A stretch of DNA of 37,548 nt from an uncultured Candidatus Kuenenia sp. (GTDB lineage: Bacteria; Planctomycetota; Planctomycetia; Pirellulales; UBA1268): contig CAYSPN010000440.1 in NCBI GenBank assembly GCA_964432895.1, forward strand, positions 1 to 37,548. The letters run 5' to 3'. Shown in pieces: positions 1 through 7,936 of the stretch. The position numbers and the translations under genes are program-made. The notes under the pieces were generated by a model. It did not search any database. It was not told the DNA's origin and saw nothing but the letters and a program-made list of their open reading frames with translations. Position 1 is the first letter of the stretch. Each line of letters starts with the position of its first letter.

Positions 1-280
1 TGACATCCACGGCGATGACCGTTACCCCCTTGTCCATGTACTGCCGCTGAACCTCGGACAGATGTGGCATCGCATATATGCACGGGCCGCACCACGTCGC
101 CCAGAACTCAATGACGTAGACACGACCACGTTCGAAATGGCTAACTGGCTCGCCCCGAAGCCACTCGCTGACCCGCAGTTCGGGTGCCGCGTCACCAACC
201 TTGGGGCCAGCTTCGTCTGCATCGGCCGGAGCAAGCAGCGCAAGGAGGAGTAGTGCGGAAACGACGCGTACCGAGTTCAT
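1..280 (-). CDS. Secreted thioredoxin-fold thiol:disulfide oxidoreductase (TlpA/ResA/redoxin-like); 3' end lies outside the window
   Basis: Cut by the window edge, so it is absent from the ORF track. Own translation of the minus strand from ATG 280..278 gives MNSVRVVSALLLLALLAPADADEAGPKVGDAAPELRVSEWLRGEPVSHFERGRVYVIEFWATWCGPCIYAMPHLSEVQRQYMDKGVTVIAVDV... This is a signal peptide followed by the WCGPC thioredoxin-fold active site. Confidence 0.85.
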   Translation of the reverse strand, partial: MNSVRVVSALLLLALLAPADADEAGPKVGDAAPELRVSEWLRGEPVSHFERGRVYVIEFWATWCGPCIYAMPHLSEVQRQYMDKGVTVIAVDV

Positions 281-1121
281 TGAGGTGGCTCCTGACGTAC
301 TGTGGAGTAACCGCGGCGACGGGAATCAGCTCCGCGAACGGAAGGCGATCGCTGCAGCTGGGTTGGACCGACAAGGCGTCCCATCTCAAGGGGCCTTTCA
401 CCCCCGCGTTTTGTCTACGGGACCCGCTGGAACTGCGGAATCCACCGAGCCATTGTCGCGAGGTGAATCGATGGCAGAAGCTTTATAGACCCGTGTAACG
501 CCCATCACTTGCTGGGCAGCGCTCCAAAAGTCTCGTCGTCGCATACGTTTCGTTCAACTTCGGTTCCCGCCTGACGTGGCGTTATCCGGCACGTATCGCT
601 GGATTACGCCCCTGCTAATCGTGTGAGGCTGCAGGCTTTGGGTGGCCCATCTGCCCGTCTGATCGTCCCCACGGCCAGCCTTCTCATCCTCCGGTCGGCA
701 CCTCTGGCTACTGGGACTGTTTTCCTTGTTCCGGCCCGCTGCGTGGGCGGCCGGTGTCCCTGTGTTTCCCTGTCCGTGCTCCAACCCCTTTCCATCGAGA
801 TGCTTTTGCATGAGTGCCCCCGAACGGTTCGACGCCGTGGCCCATATCACCGCTGGGGATGCCCACGAGATTCGACGCCGTGGCTTCGTGCTGACCGGCC
901 CCGAGGATTCCGGTGCTGACCTCGACCCGGAGTGCATGCTTGATCTGGTCGACCTCCCGGAAAGTGGGACGGTCGATTGGGACGCGCTCGGCCTTGGCTG
1001 CCGGGAGCCATTTTTCACGAGCACGCTAAAAGCCCGGAAGAAGCCCAAGCCCAGCGTGAAGAAGCAGGCGGCCAGAGCGGCGTGACCTGCTGCTGATCTG
1101 ACGAGAACCGCGATCCCATAA

Positions 1122-1742
1122 GTGACGGGCGTGGAGTGTGGCGGAGGTGCCCAAGCCTTCATGCACCCACGCCCGTCGCTTTTTCCAACCCAGCCAACCA
1201 AAAGGAACCACCCATGCTCAAGCTGCACAGAAACCCGGTCCTCGCTGGATGCTCTCGCCTCGAAGATGCTCGCGGCGTTCCTGAACAGCCCCGCGGCGAG
1301 CGTTCAGGGGCGGGTGTTGGGCGTCGAAGAGGAGATTCGCGGCATGCTGGTTGAGGGCGTGCCGGATTTGTACGGGAGGGTCGACCTGCTCACGGAAGAC
1401 TCGGATTCGCTGGTCATCACGGATATCAAGACTTCACGCGGCAAGTGGAGTCAGGAGCAGGTCGAGGATTCAGGGGAGCAGTTATTGCTGTATTCCCACC
1501 TCGCCTCGGAGATCAGCCCGGGGAAGAGGATCGCGACTCGGTTCTTGGTCCTGACGAAGACCAAGGAGCCCGTCATCAAGGAGCACGTTCGCGAGGTCAG
1601 TCCAGCCGCCGTGAAACGCACCTTGGCCGGCGTGGAGAAGGTCTGGCGGGCGATTGAGAGAGGAAACTTCTATCCGGCGCCGTCCTCTGTTGGCTGCGCT
1701 GGGTGTGGGTATCGGGCGGCTTGTCGGGCGTGGATGGGATAG
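1122..1742 (+). CDS. PD-(D/E)XK nuclease superfamily protein (Cas4/RecB/AddB-nuclease-like), apparently N-terminally truncated
   Basis: ORF track, 206 aa. The C-terminal ~150 aa carry the core GRVDLL...LVITDIKTS (D...D/E-x-K), QLLLY, and a terminal Cys cluster CAGCGYRAAC as in Cas4-type domains. The usual N-terminal part with the first Cys is not recognisable. The ORF start at 1122 is GTG; the first ATG is 1266 (MLAAFLNSP...). Confidence 0.55.
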   Translation: MTGVECGGGAQAFMHPRPSLFPTQPTKRNHPCSSCTETRSSLDALASKMLAAFLNSPAASVQGRVLGVEEEIRGMLVEGVPDLYGRVDLLTEDSDSLVITDIKTSRGKWSQEQVEDSGEQLLLYSHLASEISPGKRIATRFLVLTKTKEPVIKEHVREVSPAAVKRTLAGVEKVWRAIERGNFYPAPSSVGCAGCGYRAACRAWMG

Positions 1743-1799
1743 TCCACAGAGAGAGTGGCACGGGTTCCAAAACCAGTGCCGCTTTTTCTTTGCTATCAG

Positions 1800-1945
1800 A
1801 GTCGGCTCGAGCGGCTCGCCGAGATGCATGAGGATCTTCCAAATCGGCCCTGGCTCCGTGATGAAGGCACTGAGCCGGATGTCGCCCCCGCACGCTGGGC
1901 ACTCCAGCGGAAACTCCTCTCCCAACCTAACGGCGAGCACCCTGC
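1800..1945 (-). mobile_element. IS91-family (HUH/Y2 rolling-circle) transposase internal fragment
   Basis: Minus-strand translation LAVRLGEEFPLECPACGGDIRLSAFITEPGPIWKILMHLGEPLEP matches MARVGEEFPLQCPGCGGDIRLIAFITEPGPIRKSLTHPGEPLEP of the larger relic at 6643-7895. Homology breaks on both sides. Confidence 0.7.
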
Positions 1946-2083
1946 CGGTCGAGAGCGTGATCGTGGAGCCGAACAGGGCCTCCGACTAGAAGCTGCCTCG
2001 GATTGGTGCCGGGACGCACGGTGCATGAATTGCTCCAGGTGGCTCTTCGAGGCGTCCAGAAACTCATGCTGAACGAAGGTGCA

Positions 2084-2492
2084 ACGCACCTGGGCGAACC
2101 GCTCGAGCCTCCACCCGTGTCGCCGCCCGCCCGGAGGCCGCCGACCGACTGTGGTGAGCTCGTCCAGGTCCATGACGACCGCGACGTTTTTCCAAGCGTC
2201 GTCTGACGAGCTACCGGTGATCGACACCCACTTGCTGTGAGCGCCGCAACCAGCCTCCTGTTGGGTGAGTTCGGTGTAGATCTGCGCCGACCACGAAAAA
2301 CTGCTCGCGTAGGAGTGGTTTCGCGGGTTGTTTTGTGGTTGCCAAACAGCCAGCGGTGCCGAGCAATGGCCAGGGCCACACGCCGTCGACCGCTGGTCAC
2401 CCGTCAAATGCCTGAGGAAGTGTTTTTGGCCGTCCTATCCTTTTTCTGACCAATCGACGGTTGCCGAAGCGGCGTTGGCCACTTTATCCTTT
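2084..2492 (+). mobile_element. 3' end piece of an IS91-family element (transposase tail with frameshift, plus conserved non-coding end)
   Basis: Plus strand reads THLGEPLEPPPVSPPARRPPTDCGELVQVHDDRDVF, then after a frameshift near 2195 QASSDELPVIDTHLL* (stop 2238-2240). Compare ...PGEPLEPAPVSPARGPLTDWGELVQVDDDRAIFQASPDELPVIDIHSL* ending at 6643. The downstream blocks 2267-2304 and 2448-2492 are shared with the other transposase 3' ends. Confidence 0.6.
2448..2492 (-). repeat. F2 repeat copy (diverged, reverse orientation), with a weaker tandem neighbour at 2401-2444
   Basis: The reverse complement aaaggataaagtggccaacgccgcttcggcaaccgtcgattggtc aligns with 6428-6473, about two thirds identical by eye. 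Confidence 0.45.
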
Positions 2493-2567
2493 GCAGGAGT
2501 AAATGTTCTCCAAGGCGTGGCTCGCTACCACGCACTCGCGTGTGAGAAGGCTGGGCCCCAGAAGACC

Positions 2568-3998
2568 ATGCGCACAACCATCGACCTCCCCTTAACGCTC
2601 GTGCTGACCTGCGCCGCGATGATTGCGTTGATCCCCGCCAGCCTCTTCGCTGAAACAGGCAGGCCGAACATCGTCTTCATTCTCACCGATAATCTTGGTT
2701 ATGGCGAAATCGGCGCCTATGGCGGTGGCCTCACGCGGGGAGCACCGACTCCACGCATCGACTCGCTTGCCAAGCAAGGCATGCGTTTTCTGAACTTCAA
2801 TATGGAAACGCAGTGCACGCCAAGCCGGTCGAGCCTGATGACCGGTCGCTGGGCGATTCGCTGCGGCACTCACTCGGTGCCGTTTGGGGGCGTTGCCGAC
2901 GGCTTGACGCAGTGGGAGGTGACCATCGGCGAAGCGATGTCCGACGCCGGATATGCGACCGGCTACTTCGGCAAGTGGCATCTCGGCAGCCACGACGGTC
3001 GCCTGCCCAACGATCAGGGGTTTGACGAATGGTTCGGCATTCCCCGGACGACCGACGAGGCGCTCTGGCCGTCTTCGCCGGGCTGGTCCGAGGACGTCAT
3101 GCCCGCGGAGCAATTGATGGAGGGACGCAAGGGCGAGAAGAGCCGCGAACTGGCGGTCTACGATGTGACGCAACGGCGTGTGATCGACGCGGAGATCACC
3201 CGCAGGGCCGTTTCGTTCATTGGCGCACAGGCTCGCTCCGGCGACCGGTTCTTCGCATACGTGGCGCTGACGCAGCCCCACTTGCCCACAGAACCACACC
3301 CTGCGTTCAAGGGTCGGACGGGTAACGGCGATTGGGCGGACGTGCTCACCGAGATGGATGCCAACGTCGGGCAGATCATCGACGCGGTGGACCAGGCTGG
3401 CGTCCGCGACAATACGATCGTCATCTTTACGAGCGATAATGGCCCTGAATACATCCGCCCCTGGGACGGGTGGGCTGGTCCATGGCGCGGTCAGTACTTC
3501 ACCGCACTGGAGGGGGGCATTCGTGTGCCTTTCATGATTCGCTGGCCCGGGCGGATTGCTGCCGGTCGCGAGAGCAACGAGATCGTTCACGGTGTGGACA
3601 TGTTCGCCACGCTGGCCCGATTCGCCGGCGCGAAGGTGCCCGCCGACAGGCCAATCGACAGCATCGACCAGGCAGACTTCTTCCTCGGCAAGAGCGAGAA
3701 GTCGGCGCGGGAAGGCTTCCCGATCTGGTGCGCCGACCGACTCATGGCGGCCAAGTGGCGTAACTGGAAACTGCACTTTCAACGGCAGGACACGATGTTC
3801 GATCCGCCGGTCAAGAATCCGGTGCCGATGATCCACAACCTCTACACCGATCCGCGCGAGGAGAAGGCGACGCCCGACTCCTGGGTCGTCGGCCCGGTGC
3901 TGAAGATCGTGGACGATTTCGAGCGGAGCGTGAAGCAACACCCGCTCATTCCGATGGGCACGCCGGATCCCTATCGCCCGGGCACCACCGCCCCGTGA
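2568..3998 (+). CDS. Sulfatase (Cys-type, formylglycine-dependent), secreted
   Basis: Frame of ORF 2328..3998. Start chosen at ATG 2568, which gives the signal peptide MRTTIDLPLTLVLTCAAMIALIPASLFA. Motifs: NIVFILTDNLGYGE, QCTPSRSSLMTGR (C-x-P-x-R), GKWHLG, FTSDNG. Confidence 0.9.
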   Translation: MRTTIDLPLTLVLTCAAMIALIPASLFAETGRPNIVFILTDNLGYGEIGAYGGGLTRGAPTPRIDSLAKQGMRFLNFNMETQCTPSRSSLMTGRWAIRCGTHSVPFGGVADGLTQWEVTIGEAMSDAGYATGYFGKWHLGSHDGRLPNDQGFDEWFGIPRTTDEALWPSSPGWSEDVMPAEQLMEGRKGEKSRELAVYDVTQRRVIDAEITRRAVSFIGAQARSGDRFFAYVALTQPHLPTEPHPAFKGRTGNGDWADVLTEMDANVGQIIDAVDQAGVRDNTIVIFTSDNGPEYIRPWDGWAGPWRGQYFTALEGGIRVPFMIRWPGRIAAGRESNEIVHGVDMFATLARFAGAKVPADRPIDSIDQADFFLGKSEKSAREGFPIWCADRLMAAKWRNWKLHFQRQDTMFDPPVKNPVPMIHNLYTDPREEKATPDSWVVGPVLKIVDDFERSVKQHPLIPMGTPDPYRPGTTAP

Positions 3999-4010
3999 CG
4001 CGTGGCGTGA

Positions 4011-4034
4011 GCCCGGATGAATGGCTTCCGGGGC
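4011..4034. terminator. Imperfect hairpin between convergent sulfatase and porin genes
   Basis: GCCCGGA-tgaatggct-TCCGGGG followed by CTTTGCT, in the 75-nt gap. The stem is short and imperfect. Confidence 0.25.
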
Positions 4035-4073
4035 TTTGCTCGCCGGAGCCCAGTTCTTTCCATCGGCCACCGG

Positions 4074-5504
4074 TCAGAACAGCAGTTCTATGCGGAATCC
4101 TGGGATGATGACCGTGTCGAACTGCCGGGTGCTGGGGGTGGCGATCTGCAGATCGGTGGTGATGCGGCTGGAGGGGCTGATCGCGTAGTTATAGAAAAGT
4201 TCCACGCCGGATTCGTTTTGCTGAGGCAGGATGGGGGCCGCGAGTTGCTTGTATTCGTCGCTCAGGCCCACGTAAAAAAAGCCAAGGCCCATGCTGTCCA
4301 GCCGACGCCCCCGCATCCCACGGGCCGCTACGCCCACGTTGGTCGTGTAGAGGATGGGGTTGGGATTGCCATCTGACAAGCCAAACTGCCCGAAAATACC
4401 CCAGTTGCGCATGCCGTCGCTCTCGTCCACCCACAGGGATTGGTAGAGATTGGAGTACACGCACCACGAGCCTGTCTCCAGCGGGGTGTTGGCGTCGTCC
4501 AGCAGCAGGGCCGGGGGGATGGCAAGGTAGGCGGCCGGATCGAACGAGCGGTACTTCCTGTTGCTGTACGTGCCGCCGATGTTGACGATACCTGGCTTGT
4601 CGAGCAGGTTTGTGCGCCAGATGAAGTCCGGCACGATCGTCATGCCGTCCGAGAATAGATCCTGCAATCCCGTGGCGGCTCGTTCCTGCGGGTCGAACAC
4701 GGTGAGAGAGAAGACCGGTGCGCCATCCATGAGGATGACACCGCCGGCGCCCGCTCCCGCGTAAGGAACGGTGCGGGCGACGATCGGGTTGAAGACCAGC
4801 GATGTGTTCATGAACCCGCTGAGCCCCGGGCGTTCCATCGGGTTGGGATTGAACATGCCATAGCGAAGCGGGTACTCATCGAGCGTGTTCAGCTTGCCCA
4901 TGAACAAGGCAAAGTCTTCGCTGAGGGCTTGGACGAGCTTTAGCCCGGTGATGGCAGTGATGTTGCTATCGGGCTCCGGGAACATCATCACGATGTTGCT
5001 GGGCGTCAGCAGGCCGTCGATGTTGTTCACCGAGGTGCCGAACCGGGTTTCGGCGTGCATGTTGACGAAGAAGCCCTGCTGGAGCCCCAGCTTTCCGCCG
5101 TCTACGTTGCCTAGATAATCAACCTTGCCACCATATTCCCAGGCCTGCTCGCGGCCACCCGAGGCGACACCTTGGTAGAACTGCGTGGCCAACACGTCGA
5201 GGCTGAGTCCGCGTTCGGCCAGGTCGGTGCGGGCACCGCGCCAGTCGCCCGAAATGTATTGCCGCGTCTGGAGGTCGCCGCTGAAGGGATTCTCCTCGGC
5301 GGACAATGGAGAGGTTTCCAGAGGTCGTTCCAAGCCGGCCGCGTTGGTAGGAGTTGCCCCGAGCGCCGTTGCGACTGGCGCCGCCTCAGGGGCGGCCGGG
5401 ATACCGATTGAAGGCTCGTCCTGGGCGAACAGTCCCAGCTGCGGCTCACCAGATTGTGACGCCGCCACTGCGAGGATCAGCAGAGCTATGAGAGACGAAA
5501 ACAT
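4074..5504 (-). CDS. OprB-family carbohydrate-selective outer-membrane porin
   Basis: Frame of ORF 4074..5720. ATG 5504 gives the signal peptide MFSSLIALLILAVAASQ. ISGDWRGARTDLAERGLSLDVLATQFYQGVASGG resembles the GDWGGxRxxL N-terminal signature of OprB porins. The protein ends in an aromatic residue (..FRIELLF), as beta-barrels do. Confidence 0.75.
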   Translation of the reverse strand: MFSSLIALLILAVAASQSGEPQLGLFAQDEPSIGIPAAPEAAPVATALGATPTNAAGLERPLETSPLSAEENPFSGDLQTRQYISGDWRGARTDLAERGLSLDVLATQFYQGVASGGREQAWEYGGKVDYLGNVDGGKLGLQQGFFVNMHAETRFGTSVNNIDGLLTPSNIVMMFPEPDSNITAITGLKLVQALSEDFALFMGKLNTLDEYPLRYGMFNPNPMERPGLSGFMNTSLVFNPIVARTVPYAGAGAGGVILMDGAPVFSLTVFDPQERAATGLQDLFSDGMTIVPDFIWRTNLLDKPGIVNIGGTYSNRKYRSFDPAAYLAIPPALLLDDANTPLETGSWCVYSNLYQSLWVDESDGMRNWGIFGQFGLSDGNPNPILYTTNVGVAARGMRGRRLDSMGLGFFYVGLSDEYKQLAAPILPQQNESGVELFYNYAISPSSRITTDLQIATPSTRQFDTVIIPGFRIELLF

Positions 5505-5716
5505 GCCAAACCGATTCGCGGGCTGATGCCTCGAGCACCTGTTGGAACGAGTGGAATGATCGTCCATTTCCGACCGGCAATTTCGGCAATTCCAGTGTTT
5601 AGCGTTGCATCCGCGAACAAGAAGCGAATTCGCGACAATTCCCGAAGAGACCAGCAAGACTGGGAAGACTGGGTTCTTTCCGCACCGCGTCGTGGGCGGC
5701 CTCGCGGAACTGTGGC

Positions 5717-6100
5717 TCACTTGTCGCGCAGAAATCGGAACGGCCCGGCTGGACGGAACTCACGGGGCTGATTGCCGCCCCGGTCGGGCTCGCCGTCGCG
5801 TGGGAGCTTCCGCATGCCGGAGGCGGGCCCGCAGTCGCGGTCGGCGAAATCCACCGAATGGACACTCGGCGAAAACTTGCTGTCGTAGTAGTACACCCGC
5901 TGCTTCTGGTCGGCGACGGTTCGCCAGATCGTCTAGGAAATGCTGGGCTTGTCGGGCGTCGTGATGCCCCTGGTCACGCCCACGTTGCGCATCACCTTCA
6001 AGACGTCAGCCACCGCCTCCCGCGGGTCCGCCGACTGTCGGCAGGCCTTGATATAGCTTGATATAGAACGAAGGTCTCGCGAAGCGGTCAGCCGCCCGAA
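5717..6100 (-). pseudogene. Relic of a linear amide C-N hydrolase (choloylglycine hydrolase / penicillin V acylase family): C-terminal third only
   Basis: Minus strand reads ..AADRFARPSFYIK[10-bp tandem duplication]ACRQSADPREAVADVLKVMRNVGVTRGITTPDKPSIS-TAG(5933-5935)-TIWRTVADQKQRVYYYDSKFSPSVHSVDFADRD..., with the stop at 5717-5719. The pattern SRFxR...V(L/M)xNVxVxxG...TxWxxVxDxxxxxYYY is typical of the family's C terminus. The 5' part is replaced by an IS91 fragment. Confidence 0.6.
6046..6065. repeat. Perfect 10-bp tandem duplication CTTGATATAG x2
   Basis: 6046-6055 and 6056-6065 are identical. Deleting one copy joins ..DRFARPSFYIK to ACRQSADPRE.. in one frame of the hydrolase relic. Confidence 0.9.
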
Positions 6101-6103
6101 GGG

Positions 6104-6287
6104 ATTCCATGACGCCCAAGCGGTCGCCGACATGCTCCCCTTGGAAAACAGCGGGCTTTCGATGGATGCGAGCGTGCGGATCGCGCTCATCGATCGCGAC
6201 GTGCCCAGCTATTTTCGAGGCATCGAACATCTCCTGCGGTATTGCGCCCGGCCTCCGTTCGCTCTGGAGCGGCTCTCCGTGAGCGAG
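6104..6287 (+). mobile_element. IS91-family transposase internal fragment A
   Basis: Plus-strand translation FHDAQAVADMLPLENSGLSMDASVRIALIDRDVPSYFRGIEHLLRYCARPPFALERLSV parallels AADAAADMRD.ENSGFSVDACVRMTLV..LKHLLRYCARPPFSLERLSV of the 6643-7895 copy. Confidence 0.7.
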
Positions 6288-6412
6288 CACCTGCTGCGCT
6301 ACTGTGCCCGGCCGCCCTTCGCGCTGGAGCAGCTCTCTGTCCTTGGTGAAGATAGCCGCATCACTCGCGTCCGCTACGTGCTTCCGCGACACAAGGCAGC
6401 CAACTGGGGCTG
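6288..6412 (+). mobile_element. IS91-family transposase internal fragment B, overlapping fragment A in protein coordinates
   Basis: HLLRYCARPPFALEQLSVLGEDSRITRVRYVLPRHKAANW repeats the last 18 codons of fragment A, with about 10 synonymous differences, then continues. Homology ends near 6412. Confidence 0.7.
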
Positions 6413-6427
6413 CCCGGGCCGCTCGGG

Positions 6428-6473
6428 AAGGATCGGTCGGCCAACGGACCTTCGGCAAGCGTCGGCCGAGCGG
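6428..6473 (+). repeat. F2 repeat copy 1
   Basis: aaggatcggtcggccaacggaccttcggcaagcgtcggccgagcgg is 40/46 identical, by my count, to 13657-13702. Confidence 0.7.
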
Positions 6474-6642
6474 GGCGGATCGTGAGGAGCAACAGCCGGA
6501 GCTGGTCGGGCTTGATACGGCCCGATCGTGGAGGTTCCGAGGAGCTTCCTATCCACGCTCAAGGCCGGATTTTCTCGTTGGCGCAGACCGGCCTTGAAAC
6601 CGCTCTTCTCGCGGGCCGTCCGCACCGTGACATGGGATCCCT

Positions 6643-7895
6643 TCAGAGGCTGTGGATGTCGATCACGGGCAGCTCGTCGGGCGACGCCTGAAAGATTGCC
6701 CGGTCGTCATCGACCTGCACGAGCTCTCCCCAGTCGGTCAGCGGGCCGCGGGCGGGAGAGACGGGCGCTGGTTCAAGCGGTTCGCCGGGGTGTGTAAGAC
6801 TTTTCCGGATCGGCCCTGGCTCCGTGATGAACGCGATCAGCCGGATGTCGCCGCCACACCCCGGACATTGCAGCGGAAACTCCTCCCCCACCCGCGCCAT
6901 CAGTTTCGCCCACGCAATACGCGACGTATCGTGCGAGCGGGCCTTTTGATTCACGTCACAGCAGCCTCCCGTGGCGTGGTCGTCGCGCGCATGCTCGCCC
7001 GTCGCGACATCGCCCCGCTTGCCGACATTCCCGATGGCGAGTGCCGTCACGGCCCGCCTGAGCTTGTGATTCGGTGCAAACACCCCGTGATACCGGTGCC
7101 GGTGCTTCCGCGGCGGGGGCACGAGGTCAGCGAGCCGGTCGAGGAACTCAAATGGGGAGAGCTCGACGACGCCGTTGGCGCCCGATTGGGTGGACTTCCG
7201 CCCGCGCCCCGGGTCGACCCAATTGGCCGCTTTGTGCCGCGGCAGCACGTAGCGGACGCGAGCGATGCGGCCATCTTCACGGCGCCTCACGGAGAGCCGT
7301 TCCAGCGAGAAGGGCGGCCGGGCGCAGTATCTCAGCAGGTGCTTGAGGGGCTGACACTCGACACGCAGATGGGGACGAACGAGCGTCATCCGGACGCATG
7401 CGTCCACCGAAAACCCACTGTTCTCTCAATCGCGCATGTCGGCGGCCGCATCGGCGGCGAGGAGCCGCTGCATGCGGAACCACCGCACGACACGACGGCG
7501 CACCTTCCCGGTGAGCGCGGCCAGATCCGCCTGGGTGATCGCCCGAGTCGGCAACTGTCTGAGGCCGGCGGCTTCGCCATCGCGCCGCGGGCGGAGAGAA
7601 TCCGGCGGCCCGTCAACGGTCGGCAGGAAGACGCCGTCGGTCGCTTGAGGCTCGCATGTGCACGTGGTGATTGATCGCCGATCCGAAGCGGTGCAGAAAG
7701 GACACGGCACCGAGTCGCGGGCGAGCCGTGCTCGGCCTTTCACCGTCTCGGGTCAAGCCCGCCGCAATACAACGCAGCCGCTCTACTCCAGAGATGAAGC
7801 CCCTCGTGAGGGCTGCGACCACGCTTTGGCGGTCAGCGAGAAAGTAGCGTAACCGCTTAGGGGGGGGCCACGTGCCGACAGGGCAGCGGAACGAC
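6643..7895 (-). pseudogene. IS91-family transposase pseudogene
   Basis: Recognisable pieces: ..PVGTWPPPKRLRYFLADRQSVVAALTRGF..GAVSFLHRFGSAINHHVH (HUH motif), then a frameshift near 7655. It continues ..ATDGVFLP..RLLAADAAADMRD-TGA(7426-7428)-ENSGFSVDACVRM..HLLRYCARPPFSLERL..RKHRHRYHGVFAPN..EEFPLQCPGCGGDIRLIAFITE..VIDIHSL*. ORFs 7426..7743 and 6643..7407 share one frame. The N-terminal zinc-binding region is absent. A G8 run lies at 7860-7867. Confidence 0.8.
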
Positions 7896-7936
7896 CTGTG
7901 TCGCAGTTCCCAGGGCGAGAGTGACGGAGAGCCGCC

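Larger units (their letters stand above)
6428..7895 (-). mobile_element. IS91-family insertion sequence copy: 5'-truncated, decayed; low-coordinate boundary uncertain (6428-6495)
   Basis: Transposase relic plus about 150-215 nt of non-coding 3' end. That end contains the hairpin AAGGCCGG-n19-CCGGCCTT (6561-6595), a block shared with 2267-2304 and 35978-36015. Confidence 0.75.

Noticed and set aside
297-342. Weak F1-like matches upstream of the tlpA-like gene (297-342, gtactgtg..gggaatcagc..gcgaacgg) and of the porin gene (5521-5565, ctgatgcc..ttggaac..).
   Set aside because: Only partial block matches. Spacer lengths are altered and the hexamers lie only 12-16 nt from the start codons. By eye these are not distinguishable from chance in GC-rich DNA.
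578-610. Imperfect inverted repeat ggcgttatcc-n13-ggattacgcc, considered as a possible att site or terminator.
   Set aside because: It has one mismatch in 10 bp, no adjacent gene end, integrase or tRNA, and no second copy in the window.
554-1228. ORF 554..1228 (-, 224 aa) and the overlapping ORFs in 184-1085, considered as genes filling the unannotated left region.
   Set aside because: No start context, no motifs, skewed composition and mutually overlapping frames. I could not support any of them. The region is left unannotated apart from the nuclease ORF.
726-1742. Reading ORFs 726..1085 and 1122..1742 (same frame) as one nuclease gene interrupted by nonsense codons.
   Set aside because: Two stops (1083-1085 and 1119-1121) intervene. 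The intervening and upstream translation is low-complexity, with no PD-(D/E)XK N-terminal motifs.
2428-2480. A possible fifth F1 promoter copy upstream of the sulfatase at 2568 (GGCCGTCCTATCCTTTTTCTGACCAATCG...).
   Set aside because: It lacks the CGGCATAG/TAGNAN block, and it aligns better with the F2 repeat carried at IS91 3' ends. It was reclassified as F2.
2592-4070. Very long antisense ORFs opposite well-supported genes. Examples: 2592..4070 (492 aa), 9900..11681 (593 aa), 19257..20789 (510 aa), 29728..31137 (469 aa), 17543..18511, 16081..16836, 34001..34645.
   Set aside because: Their translations are Arg/Ala/Gly/Pro-rich with no motifs. Each lies opposite a CDS with clear family signatures. 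They are shadow ORFs, expected in GC-rich DNA.
6046-6065. Interpreting the CTTGATATAG x2 duplication as a transposon excision footprint or an IS91 CTTG target site.
   Set aside because: It lies inside the hydrolase reading frame, about 40 nt away from the IS junction. Removing one copy restores that frame exactly, so simple replication slippage in a decaying gene explains it.
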